IMG/VR virus record: IMGVR_UViG_3300023116_000150
Location: 1-34,755 of that record
Length of the DNA: 34,755 nt
DNA from: a virus
Lineage: Duplodnaviria; Caudoviricetes
Strand: one strand, 5' to 3'
In this document: one piece after another, positions 15,001 to 20,624 of the stretch
Numbering within the stretch: the stretch's first letter is position 1
Layout of the letters: each line of letters opens with the position of its first letter
Notes under the pieces: model-generated
Databases searched by the model: none
What the model was told of the DNA's origin: nothing
The model's input: the letters and a program-made list of their open reading frames with translations, nothing else
Position numbers and translations under genes: made by a program

Positions 15001-16345
15001 ACTCGCTACGGGTGTCACCATCCCGCGCTTTGGTGGTCGTCAGAACACGACAAACAACAACAACGCAAACACGCTGATTGACGTGTTTATGCCTGCCAAC
15101 GCGATGCGTGTGGGCGACATGGGCAACGGGCGTGGCATTCGCTACCCGACGCAGTTCAACGAAGACAGGCTGACCGCGTTAGATGAGGCTGATTACACGA
15201 CCGGTGTTGTCTTGTCGCACCACACCGCCGAGCCGGTGTTTGGTGACGGATTCATCCGACCGCGCAACGACGAGTTGGCAAGCGACGAGGTACCGCGTGG
15301 CATCAGCGCACGACTCAGCGTTGACGAGGACGGGCTGCTCAAGCCTGAGGCGGTGGTCAGCCCGCGTGTGGAAACCATCAGCGGCTCGACCAAGCACACC
15401 GATGCGGTGTCACGTTCAGCCCCGCGTATCGGGCTTGATACCGAGAACGTGGAGGGCGTGGACGACAACCTCATCGCGCTCAACACCGAAGCGCACAGTC
15501 TGCACGCAGACCGTGGAGTGGGGCAGCGCGTCGTGCTTGTCGGCGGCATGACCGCAGGCTCGCAGTCCATTGGCGACCTCGATTATACGGGACTGAACTT
15601 TGGTGCGCAGCCGGTTGGTGGTGTCGCTCGCTTCAGCCACACAAGCAACTTCAACCCGCTTGGCGGTACGTACGTGGCAGAAACGCGCAACTACCTCGCT
15701 GCGGTCAGCGACTACGGGTGGGGACCGGTTGGTGCAGACAAGGCAAGCAACCCGTACGCTACGTCCACGTTTGACAGTACTTCAGCGCAGATGAACCACA
15801 CCGACAAGACCATCTCGTTCATGTTCAGGCCTGTGCGTCTGCTTGACGAGCAGCACGTTGAGATGTTCCGCCCCAACAACAACCTGCATAGCAGCAGCCC
15901 ACAGTACGGTTCCAACTACTTCTCGACCACGGGTGGCGGCAAGTACGGCGTGTACGCCTACGAGATGCCCTCAGCGCGTGCGTCTGCGGGCGAGTACATC
16001 AGGGCCACCAACCCCGACACCAACCCACCCTACGCGCCTGTGTATCACATGGTGATTGCAACGAGCGACACCGTACCTGATAGCAAGGGGCCAAACCTCG
16101 GCGGCTCAAACGGCATGGACACAAGCAAATTGGACAACGACGTGACTCGACTTGTCATTAGCGAGAACTCCTTGCAGCACCATCGTAGTGACGCTGCGCG
16201 TAGGCGTACAAGCGCGGAAAGCGACGACACCGAGCGACGTGCAGACTACACCGTGAAGGCTCGATTCAGCCAATCCCTGCACCCGAAGGGGCATAAAGGA
16301 GATGTTGACTACGGTGAATCAGACCATTCGGGTGATGCGTCATGA
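2..16345 (+). CDS. Giant virion structural protein (>5,440 aa, 5'-truncated by the window edge) with an N-terminal LamG/concanavalin-A-like domain; probable tail/baseplate or adhesin protein
   Basis: The frame is open from base 2 (REGQFTLSLGTV...) to TGA at 16343-16345. The N-terminal YHVVAGF...LYVNGDL...YVGG...FRGAVEALH resembles LamG. The protein is T/S/G/D-rich with recurrent DxxxFPxxG motifs, and its stop overlaps the next start (ATGA). Confidence 0.8.
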   Translation, partial: REGQFTLSLGTVDTPGPATFDLRLEGSTGLFQAYLTSAIDATDRWDGIVYPHHAGSVHDSYNRFNTGTYGEATNLNAAHRPLYHVVAGFSFGQAFLYVNGDLIASQVLDADLRIARSTEHVYVGGKGGEFRGAVEALHFLGHYDKSTVESHMPTQSDVSTGLYRFEEPIDVVEGTYAFNAVSADATSITVSASDAQVLIARFTGKPYDSASPTVDFTAKPYSMGSYKVVDYYTGSGTPSTLSIAHVPYNLLINPGAITRATQKPNQKPPERVRVKSINGSTGVIELTSIHVDFVNGTGGLRGLLHDRTADVDNYFVVVGADLLIDNGTGKPYQPPHYGTQVFDRTGQMVIDETDNEQHGMVYSSRMATTTDDPNNPFAVVWPSDVDPLFQIGHSGRHTFSHVVGHEFMRRYPVPTDLVVDQTVTGAADIVTMRYDNVSRSLRNSFAMNALTDVFSEDATATVTEIVSSTTASSVVHNGLPSAAREVIGIGGSNFDYLPFLLKGPAPLSASDVNDTTRLYHLVPETTSRVAILNVPALQSSHNMAPFVEIHYNAIDLTGASMGISGPMLMVEKTVPAASLDLGGGTYVYDLIAAALDATMYAPGGLLILDPDVKSSNEYMFESHSLVGDNTGGADYDPELDFTRTPAEYTPVSSVDAEPCTPPTPVRASHVSLDHESVYNRLTFTKAGIVTDGDLTEFSNYKRVTPTEEKTGAGVFDVGIPDGISPVHETFDVIDNYLAPSGKLHLFVQPSDRRRSNQLLSALEDDSSITIMLMMARTRLRSISEENDPESNLTTITVSGAGVVESVLNRNVSAVGEGSPDSYIVKEIEPNAPVVTVTLGGPGQGAVNTKPTFDPSPLMRLPGSTRRSCAIRATHVYAKDDTTTTENILSVAPLNNGSPDIASWGTIAFPKVGRVYLDNGASAEYASKGGSGFIFTNVSASGTGRFLGADGEEYSNFFLWCNAVGLMKTTSSPADVQTSLTLYNDPNFADDAMAQDGSTVNDRLFQSMDTVTHDYQLGTQFASTRAMVEIPVFPQQFFDHPEQGIFPGPDNSMKLHLDATYTAHSWNPTPVGRRANDIGQADKQASSAYGFNREGFVAAAHIERIVTQATEYLIYVDNPALFPNADLANRNVGNMTGVSRYRRCFLANGMSALYINDPETDGYLEVPILGTEHAGHGAYIDGFFTYAIPGSSLYVAQGFRGETLVPIDSDASTPSSDFEGRSPYYYDAANVQTQGGNLDYGMRQYVSAVEFKAGPLANPHAPRTVSKRAASTILSVPSVSGSTYTITLEDGSLFPDVPFTRDASNNIQFETGDPLYVAEVIQADGSTQDVYYLGRFNNTFTQNTIAIVATSTPTLVGATLRLKHVAHALHTLSNPASATSEEKKVVTFLPSATADQWTFSSSYGGGTTTTLNITCATADLMAHANVVGLNIRPDDHVYVDTGSAINYLGQVSKVESAEVSGGSDRIILAANNLAAITSGDKIRVAAESVMTVDDEAILNRAWVHPYATGGLRHGDTVWANMSINNPHATEGLFAKSRGVFNDGLVWKGFNGGSGTLADRPRNSIPLENFLIGDSCLETAINYAQHVNKTVQMNYESMGLDAEQAPVVAYVDPYLATDGHARVLLYDVAHDREFIAFHDLHMQVQSSAATPTIGYTRQLAYKDGTINLDKFLMGRNGAAPHYLTTQIDVANGYPSENPFLRATQQSKFIESAYAHNVIGGVNQNPYNASTEQSWTVLNNPDVDTYNVLFASKGHGHFVHTGLYHEKGGSDLTVGDSTLPRTQPAVASPYWSNAIHQLSRINADSHPLITALRAHRAEQNPNTHTLKDPSTLFDTPDGTRTISAFLSLKGKRSIALDLSGHDEERLQHLPHWTQMDFVRRMTVDFGEIGVKEGVTDIEAAAREIVRLINQGGAENGRTHARRPSQQYPGESERLDLTRIGVRQDIANPNRDPTSAHIFADFAATGSTYDPAPWWYPDEAFDSHDRGSHMGYLRAHIGRVVEDLDGNEGFSIVIHSTIPGASGRNFCAWLDNSKGQSSYKPQYLIGHGGRFRNFWSQPDEVTGENMHPAPLPLNKHGRPFAPITSLREYVAQEEPDDAFTSNLDVAARNDVEKNALARKVSATMGGTVNNSVADESFEAQSPATSLVEGLRRGSTAVGRINFGGLIEAGVPGFAPDAGVYGHGRRGNTAFNARYGSSSTSDYTAHVAPSEVDEDTVGTSPLYGMRFTDHRGRGYGVRYVYRKMGESFANELTTLPSTLDDEIVIHFNDRDVGQGGFTIGHHMNGEGDATGRMEPTADMTDASWVGNRWRGVFAADAGLNCEVTYSSDDSLTFSFDRPYDGSITDFNNHPDFLGYLGFPKTNGIMQLTDPYSGAATTLHGVVGNTFSYESRTSNAVSGTHTFYGVRGADFTVTHTSSSFTVTDAGGSGTPFKTNAQTCQLIVSSRLNWTTLLTDEVLAYATVAAINLQNPNDEDGYPVDVRHLFAADGRTLGEWGVAEDAIIIRAHNPQRGIKPLSQMFSASLHRDYGIQAAHLEFGEYEKLTQSSSNTWSITTGTTSPLSDSDIASSKQLDCGYIPRTVVQIRTRGRGYHANTPTPMLVDSYNDPVNLKRWNENLKGVRFLSRPGDHILPCLNNPLLKITSVSSNEFTITNGTLSHAMLLSCTRTGGTYTTANRLLAFGQKIQLYHGSESSALVYSVQTANARTRFTYNTQEATASWDDEFGGSTVNDDFYLIGSVGQFDGYRLHGSVDSEPIVYFRGARDSSDHDVPLYFGGGFSGVVLDVNDGTQNDYADFYTHPYSTGPTGTAGIQNANEISTSFALVDCNALLAFFPGTALLNQHRASIHPPAYNKDSILSQDMDGGSATQHNDLPAHVTARYTAGMVYQRPTPLVLRIGHPTARYDDARNSITNHTTYVIYGPGQAFPFTETTAADADVEPHPGFVVTVGNTWSKVPHSKQLPNPITNDRNDYGPPTSTYQSNRQRHHWYTTWNWSPAEGIPHVGSVSSGVSLWQRPEHGYHFGEHFNLQATVSSLNINDYAAAHPYKHAPIVGYGIASQADLTFHMDGGYHPGGSWLDNQLSFNAPLEPSDYRVARDSWNEVNPTAFRVSGVLAKQVLAGASAEEGDDFDREIIVVDATRCQNGEELAALLGQAINENPGKGALKAMGGTHLPSMGSAMRQDRYGWVELDFSNYTPDISKSYSYVEATLSGGTQTILEQLPASGWIRTDNAGRTLHTVDLPAFAPYHSREVYDNSGTWTVRFWLAPNRLFGYAAFEDAQSFDDFTLPTPVNLSGITKVYVWSKAGVHRFNNEDDATRDHMTQVHFAGIVDAIDRTRPVGAVGWAGERYSYLNSLKVGTEGYGAGRGAWHPKLGFSPYGSASTVMTAYGHVPHTYALYNTPESLVYANYDGVGTPYGSWTVETAYASISYTTNNADTATAYKAADSAINLTNSLTDFSIPRELYHPQGVFSKGFLVVSYESELALVAKHDRDGITATGDWLAVVSKTRAGTAAATAITFAGTAQWDERIHGPERFYAPATGGPNVEALIVSGTATPASAATDDPEVAQYTLHTAATNDNDLDNATPAFAQIGDLFFDLDKSVGSYLLNDASEVERNLMVDMRTAGGGTDFNAKHDDLRYWLAQTNGYESLARTPMRNFSVEHVVWKRMDGGNLSLPALNARGLGGVPFVTRVSGGTAYTTGEKLYGNVRFSFETTNSAMFPIIQAQELAHPQIAARHPDELRNVLMVPNEEIQFDSIEVEDDTGQIHTIEGGSPFGTIVRAFRKLSNRTSEGLAPAIAGSGVEPNLKVRLPDPNTIPGNIIVRSGFDRLQAYQTETMGSGGMMRPGLADALKHQFTDEVVGPRQGPTYSDYEWDHISQSASGEAFPDMTRKGWSAATGNAPLESSYELHDRTLFFHVTKCGNTHTHRYPTHYTHANGVQNNDLSATGFASGTLTVDATIDAALYPTTFGNQEAADNRRFLRLYDAATDRGGVASFTGISGDTFTGCVGDAEFDALVANGVSGLKVVPSYYMPAGSTRFYAARRLRDHAEVSGNSPDMMHTLYYTNVDADTTAHSIFSKPVLTPMALPRMGHHYVTPTMAMLPGHWAHPAYQGLYDKHRAIRASSHKYVEQSLMESLGFDEVKSDITTTTTDQFFGLDPQLRIGTLTATPGGPSDIHGGAFTLMFETKVRSDGYGVLASEGYAGNINKAGGHTIVLEGAATYSLEHHFPDPAEVGAYQIVIQPNLNKSQFIGYHENAANELTSQQVALVVAKRDYTSDVGGCTLVLAQATDADVRGCEIFINEVMIDHDPDHGSQFTNIPPLLLYNSFGVQETEAPAFTRMSLPYHPGMFADATPGFTTNIPWWSIVHNQDPTHSESAGFRHLTWHRFDNYYEFARANAGNVASQITLAGYPSSAPDVYSDLYNLISLNPVATVESVSAGVVVVDDARGFPEYPYYGQKLEYTDANGVRRTTEYTDAIAGSAQRTINHPVNADFTNNLTAGTKLRLTRAYDFRPSGAIFTDSKTSIITRMLPQTLQGSRDTNSLHLADAFLCMWHPNLGRPYTFYSDSARTFLNPLTDRAVDNKPYNSMPEHFETIHYHDAPYFGSVGPFGLAIKTPAPPTNIPAGNFGESKRTVASHVVATKTITTTPFTGPLFQLSAGDVISIESRQYTVVSDNGSDIVVDQVLPVEIAVGAFVYEGADGSMKTGEEMDLLPYLTHQGGQSDSADDATKVMLNNLWPSGSRGGPLISCLDGYGAVSSSWSYSGLYGYDRYAWKDADMASWSSYAVSSGITTELYSTTPPLNSMPLPFGYRFGLRQPYNKPQWSFYGMRAYRAGSPYYTADYQHGPLVQRETGAWGHDTLADEVYPETYVGVMERQTNFSGMLGVDMAERQVRYSDGMRMTRSFGAPVRTLRNKSTVIRDWWGDDNGKDIATIDEAVMYYLVDWWGNTRGEDVRRFPVRGFGIRPAWDAGDAYDPGRSTDATPYERLYNDGSPLVNLKGIVASASSNISLATGVTIPRFGGRQNTTNNNNANTLIDVFMPANAMRVGDMGNGRGIRYPTQFNEDRLTALDEADYTTGVVLSHHTAEPVFGDGFIRPRNDELASDEVPRGISARLSVDEDGLLKPEAVVSPRVETISGSTKHTDAVSRSAPRIGLDTENVEGVDDNLIALNTEAHSLHADRGVGQRVVLVGGMTAGSQSIGDLDYTGLNFGAQPVGGVARFSHTSNFNPLGGTYVAETRNYLAAVSDYGWGPVGADKASNPYATSTFDSTSAQMNHTDKTISFMFRPVRLLDEQHVEMFRPNNNLHSSSPQYGSNYFSTTGGGKYGVYAYEMPSARASAGEYIRATNPDTNPPYAPVYHMVIATSDTVPDSKGPNLGGSNGMDTSKLDNDVTRLVISENSLQHHRSDAARRRTSAESDDTERRADYTVKARFSQSLHPKGHKGDVDYGESDHSGDAS

Positions 16346-16911
16346 CGCCGATGGGAGAGGCTTGGCTTTTGCTTAAGCGTCAAACTACTCTTGGTGAGTT
16401 TCACCCTGATTTTCCAAGTCCATATGGCCCTGTAACCATGCGTCGTGCGCATCCTACCCAAGCGTGGTTTGACAGTATCAGGGAGTTTCCTGAGTTTGAC
16501 CCTGAGTTGGTTCAGCCTTATGAAAAAATCTTCACTCATGGATTGAAAGCGCAGCCTTTGTCCTTGGAAAGCGCGTTGTGGGAGGAAGACCGTAGGGACG
16601 AAGAGCCAAACATCAAAAGATTCAATTTTGATTTATCTGATAAAGGCACTTGGTTTTACCCCACGGGGCCTGTTCCATGGTTCGCACACGTACCGGGTAC
16701 GGTTTATACTGATGTGAACACAGATAAACGAGGATTTGTTGGTGTAAGAATGAATCCGGCGGATATGAGAGGTCAATTTAGAAACATAGGGTATGCTGAA
16801 GAAGGACCTGAAGCCTTCATTCAACAGGACATTCCTCCTGAAAGATTGGTTCGATTGCCTGAAAATTGGGTGGGAGAAGGCATAGGTACGTGGGGGAGGC
16901 TTGGACTATGA
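16342..16911 (+). CDS. Leader-bearing putative ADP-ribosyltransferase-fold protein with a PIP-box-like motif (189 aa)
   Basis: ATGA coupling with GGTGA upstream. Leader MTPMGEAWLLLK is followed by RQTTLGEFHPDFPSPYG. The ART-like pattern is TMRR...IFTHGLKA...GTWF...EEGPEAFI..DIPPERL. Codons are AT-richer than in the flanking genes. Confidence 0.65.
   Translation: MTPMGEAWLLLKRQTTLGEFHPDFPSPYGPVTMRRAHPTQAWFDSIREFPEFDPELVQPYEKIFTHGLKAQPLSLESALWEEDRRDEEPNIKRFNFDLSDKGTWFYPTGPVPWFAHVPGTVYTDVNTDKRGFVGVRMNPADMRGQFRNIGYAEEGPEAFIQQDIPPERLVRLPENWVGEGIGTWGRLGL
16372..16428 (+). repeat. 57-bp dispersed repeat, copy 1 (encodes LKRQTTLGEFHPDFPSPYG)
   Basis: 51/57 identical to 21466-21522. All six differences are synonymous third-position changes. 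Confidence 0.92.
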
Positions 16912-17072
16912 CGCCGATGGACGAATCTTGGGCCGTTTTGAAGGAACTGTGCGAAGCGGGCAAGAAGGCCGCTAAGCGGAAGTTCAAGGTGTACCCCTCC
17001 GCGTACGCGAACGGTTGGGCCGTGCAGTACTGTCAAGGCAAGTTCCGAAAGAAGAAGGGGGACAAGAAGTGA
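16908..17072 (+). CDS. Small basic leader-bearing protein (54 aa), AKRKFKVYPSAYANGW family (DUF5872-like, from recall)
   Basis: The likely start is ATG 16908 (ATGA overlap, GGGAGG upstream), not 16866. Leader MTPMDESWAVLK precedes a K/R-rich body. Confidence 0.7.
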   Translation: MTPMDESWAVLKELCEAGKKAAKRKFKVYPSAYANGWAVQYCQGKFRKKKGDKK

Positions 17073-18580
17073 CTGACCGCTGCACTTGCCACGATGTGCT
17101 TGTCATCAAGGACTTGCGCCGTTGGTTCAAGGAGAAGTGGGTGGACGTAAGCCGCAAAGACAAGGACGGCAAGCACCCGCCCTGTGGCCGCTCCAAGGCA
17201 AGCAAGAGCAGCAAGGGCTACCCTAAGTGCCGCCCATCAGTCAAGGTCAGTTCCAAGACGCCCCGTACATCAGGCTCGATGAGCGAGGGTGAAAAGCAGG
17301 CAGCCACCAAGAGGAAGCGAGCAAAGAAGCAAGGTGTTGGAGGGAAACCAACAATTGTCAAGGCCCGCACGACTTCAGGTTTCTATCGCACCGCTACTAT
17401 TCCCGACGACAAGTCTCAACCTGTACGGAAGGTGCCACATGACTCATCTCACTCACCAAACCGTTTTGCTACGCTTGCGCTTTCTCAAGCACTTGCTGAC
17501 ATGAACCTCCCCATTGTGCCTGAAACGCCTGTGCGCGGAGCGGTTGAACAACGACAAATGGAGAAGGTGTTCGGGCCGGGTAGGAACAATTTTCACGGAC
17601 ATGAACAAGAAGTGGAATCAATTCTTTCTGACCCATTGATGCAATTTTTGAGTCTTTCAGACGCTAAAGGTCCCAACGTGGGACTGCAAGATGGACAAGT
17701 GAGAGTGTTTGACCCTGCTTTCCGCTCGTTCCGTGGTCATCGTGCCGTACCCATTGACTTCCAACGTGGCGAGTTTGAACCAAATTACGCTATAAACCTA
17801 CGAAACCAATTCGGTAATGTGGACAAAGACGAACTTGCTGAATTGGCTCAGCGAGTAAAGGACTACCGACCCATGTTGGACGTGTGGGAAGGAGATTTGT
17901 CTGACCGCGCATGGCAGGGCGGTATGACAGATTACATGCAAGCCCGTGACACGTTGCAATTCTTGTCTTCCATTCAACAAGACCCAAATCAGATGAAATT
18001 GTTTGAATACGGGAACCCCGCGTACGCAAACATGGTGAACGACCTGCGTAGCCGAATGCCGGTGGGCGTTCAAAAAGCCGAGAAGGAAGAGAAGGCAAAG
18101 AAAGGCATGGTCGTGGTCATTGCCCTTGGTAAGCCCAAGAAGGAAGAGAAGGTCGAGAAGAGCGATGTACTCGTAAAGCGTCGAATGGTTGGTGTACAAC
18201 CCGGTATGGCGACTTGTACTAACCCGAACTGCTTGGCTCAGACTCCCGCGACCGCAGGTGCGTGTCAAACGTGCGGCTCACCGCTTGACATGCAGAAAGC
18301 CGAGCGTGACCCACGGCTTGCTCGCGCGGGTGTGAGCGGCTTCAACAAGCCCAAGCGCACGCCCAACCATCCGAAGAAGAGCCACGTCGTCGTGGCCCGT
18401 GAAGGCGGGAAGGTCAAGACCATTCGCTTCGGTCAGCAGGGCGTGTCCGGCTCTCCGAAGAAGCAAGGCGAGTCTGATTCATACCGCAAGCGTCGTGAAT
18501 CGTTCAAGGCTCGCCACGCCAAGAACATCAAGCGGGGCAAGTTGAGTGCGGCGTATTGGGCTGACAAAGTGAAGTGGTGA
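17069..18580 (+). CDS. Modular polyprotein-like protein (503 aa): basic RWFKEKW module, protein-kinase-like module, Zn ribbon and a basic C-terminal module (RFGQQG...SAAYWA)
   Basis: Likely GTG start at 17069 overlaps the upstream stop (GTGA). Kinase-like motifs are GFYRTA, VRK, DAKGPN (DxKxxN) and VFD. The Zn ribbon is CTNPNC...CQTC. The first and last modules resemble small basic proteins common in marine viruses. Confidence 0.7.
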   Translation: MTDRCTCHDVLVIKDLRRWFKEKWVDVSRKDKDGKHPPCGRSKASKSSKGYPKCRPSVKVSSKTPRTSGSMSEGEKQAATKRKRAKKQGVGGKPTIVKARTTSGFYRTATIPDDKSQPVRKVPHDSSHSPNRFATLALSQALADMNLPIVPETPVRGAVEQRQMEKVFGPGRNNFHGHEQEVESILSDPLMQFLSLSDAKGPNVGLQDGQVRVFDPAFRSFRGHRAVPIDFQRGEFEPNYAINLRNQFGNVDKDELAELAQRVKDYRPMLDVWEGDLSDRAWQGGMTDYMQARDTLQFLSSIQQDPNQMKLFEYGNPAYANMVNDLRSRMPVGVQKAEKEEKAKKGMVVVIALGKPKKEEKVEKSDVLVKRRMVGVQPGMATCTNPNCLAQTPATAGACQTCGSPLDMQKAERDPRLARAGVSGFNKPKRTPNHPKKSHVVVAREGGKVKTIRFGQQGVSGSPKKQGESDSYRKRRESFKARHAKNIKRGKLSAAYWADKVKW

Positions 18581-18582
18581 AA

Positions 18583-19236
18583 ATGAGTCCAATGGATGCT
18601 GCGTGGTATTACATCGTGAAAGCCACGACTACACGGGGTCCGGGTACCGGTATAACCGAAGAAGAAATGGCGCGTAAAACACGTCAAACCACACTCGGAG
18701 AACATCACCCGAAGTTTCCTTCACCACATGGTGAAATGACATTGATTCGCAGATTGAGTCCTGAAAGACTTGTGCAAGTGATGGGTGAAGGTGTTAAGCC
18801 ACTTCCACAAAGCGAACACAACGAATTGTTTGAGTTATCTCAGGCTGAAAATCGTAGGGGCATTAAACGCATTCCTACTGAAGAGGATGGTACGTGGTGG
18901 ACTTTACCAAATGCGTACGATATGAAACGTGTAGCAACGGAAAGAGGTAGTCCCGCTGACCCTTGGGTTGGTTATCGAGGTGACCCAAGAAAACTTGAGT
19001 TCATGTTTCGTGGAAGGCATCAAGCACCTGAAGGGCTGAATGAGGCAATGGTTCTCAGTCAACTTCCGAGAGAACAACTTGTACGACTCTCTCCTATGGA
19101 CTCCTACTCTCATCAGACGCCCGCATCAATAGCACGGTACTACGGGTTACCTGAAGGAAAGGGGTACACCTACGAACTTACCGACTCGGGTAGGTGGGCT
19201 GATACTGTACCGTTTGCCGAGGCGACTAACCCATGA
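18583..19236 (+). CDS. Leader-bearing putative ADP-ribosyltransferase-fold protein, paralog of 16342 (217 aa)
   Basis: ATG 18583 follows GGTGA. Leader MSPMDAAWYYIVK, then RQTTLGEHHPKFPSPHG. The pattern LIRR...MGEGVKP...GTWW...NEAMV..QLPREQLVRL parallels the 16342 protein. Confidence 0.6.
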   Translation: MSPMDAAWYYIVKATTTRGPGTGITEEEMARKTRQTTLGEHHPKFPSPHGEMTLIRRLSPERLVQVMGEGVKPLPQSEHNELFELSQAENRRGIKRIPTEEDGTWWTLPNAYDMKRVATERGSPADPWVGYRGDPRKLEFMFRGRHQAPEGLNEAMVLSQLPREQLVRLSPMDSYSHQTPASIARYYGLPEGKGYTYELTDSGRWADTVPFAEATNP

Positions 19237-20624
19237 CCGTAATTCAGGGCACACGGTATGATGGTGAGCCTGATGCCATCATGACTCACGTACGCAAGCC
19301 TGTGTTCGTGGACAACGCCATTCACTATGGGCGACTTAGCGTGCAAAAGAGCGGCAAGCCCAAGGTCACCGTTGAGCAGAACATGACGCGCACGTTGCAA
19401 GTCATGCCCGAGCGTGAGTACACGGTCGTGGAGGGGGAGTCAACCGTCCAACTGACGCACAAGAGTGCAGCCGGTCACACGTTCGCAGGCTCGCCGTTCT
19501 TTGGTTCTGATGTACTCTCCGACACCAACAAGCCCATGCTGATGTTTAATGGGTCTGATTTTTCGCAGCGACTCATTGGAGATGGTATTTCAACCTCAAG
19601 CAACGGGGTGCTTTTTTCGCTCCGCAACATGAAAGGTCGCACGTTAAATGGCATTGGTTTTACCGGCGATTCGGTACGGCTTGGGCAGCCCATCGGCGTA
19701 GGTCTGCGCACAAGCGACCTCGCCATCAGACTCGCGGAGAGCGCGACCAACGGTACGACAAGCATCGGCCTGTCCCGACCGCGCAACCTGACCGCATCGT
19801 ACCGCAACCATAGCACACGCTTCGTCGGTCAAGACTTCACCAACACGAACCTCATGACCGCGCTGCGCTTCCTTGGGCGGCACGATAGCCGCATCATCCT
19901 GCTTGACCGGTTCGGCAACCTGTTGTACGTGCCCGTGTCGTTTAGTGAGAGCAACGTCAGCATTGACGAGAACCTGCGCACCGGTACGCAAAGCGAATCA
20001 CCTGTGGATAACTCGGACAACTCCGTGACGGTGCAGGGCCTACCGTTGGCCCTGAACGACTTGGTGATTGTCACCGTGAGTGATGCTGAAAGTCAGGCTG
20101 AGGAAGTGCGCGAAAGCCCCTCACCTGTCATTGACCATACGGTGCGCACTACGAACGCGGCACGGCGCGTGGCGCGTCAAATCCTCAAGGGTCAGGCCTT
20201 GAGCAAGGGTGCCATCACGTCTTCGGGACACCTCGACCTCACGTACATGCGCCCCGGCATGGTCATCAAGTACGGTGGGGATAACAAGGTCATCACCGAA
20301 GTCATCCATCACCCGCTTGAGGCCACAAGCGACCTGACGCTGCTGAACATTGAAACGGGTCTTGAGGGAGTGTTGCAGGGCATCGGAGAGTCCTCGACAG
20401 TCATGAGCAACAACGAGAGTCCTTCGACGTACGTGCAGCGCGTAGGTCACAACCTGTCGTTCTTTGGTGAAGTGGACCTCATCGTGACGACAACAATTAC
20501 GAGTCGAAGGGTGAACAACACGGCTATCCTCATCGGCGGCGTTAAAGGCACCCGTACACGTGGTAAAATTGGTGGCAACGGTTTGTCCATCGGCATGACC
20601 AAGGGACCGACGGAGGAAGTGTGA
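19233..20624 (+). CDS. Tail/baseplate hub-like structural protein (463 aa)
   Basis: ATGA-coupled and located in the structural block. ALRFLGRHDSRIILLDRFGNLLY...NSVTVQG...ARRVARQIL...MRPGMVI follows the layout of tail hub proteins. Confidence 0.55.
   Translation: MTVIQGTRYDGEPDAIMTHVRKPVFVDNAIHYGRLSVQKSGKPKVTVEQNMTRTLQVMPEREYTVVEGESTVQLTHKSAAGHTFAGSPFFGSDVLSDTNKPMLMFNGSDFSQRLIGDGISTSSNGVLFSLRNMKGRTLNGIGFTGDSVRLGQPIGVGLRTSDLAIRLAESATNGTTSIGLSRPRNLTASYRNHSTRFVGQDFTNTNLMTALRFLGRHDSRIILLDRFGNLLYVPVSFSESNVSIDENLRTGTQSESPVDNSDNSVTVQGLPLALNDLVIVTVSDAESQAEEVRESPSPVIDHTVRTTNAARRVARQILKGQALSKGAITSSGHLDLTYMRPGMVIKYGGDNKVITEVIHHPLEATSDLTLLNIETGLEGVLQGIGESSTVMSNNESPSTYVQRVGHNLSFFGEVDLIVTTTITSRRVNNTAILIGGVKGTRTRGKIGGNGLSIGMTKGPTEEV

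Larger units (their letters stand above)
16342..16920 (+). repeat. 13-bp direct repeat ATGACGCCGATGG (16342-16354 and 16908-16920) flanking the first ART-like gene
   Basis: Exact match at two consecutive gene starts. Confidence 0.85.

Noticed and set aside
15043-15072. AAC-rich run as a microsatellite or contingency locus
   Set aside because: It is short, imperfect and in frame, and simply encodes NTTNNNNANT.
17015-17068. ORF-track 5' extensions (starts 16866, 17015, 18574, 24879, 27086, 29428, 32053)
   Set aside because: In most cases a downstream start has an RBS or a stop/start overlap, and it removes long overlaps with neighbouring genes.
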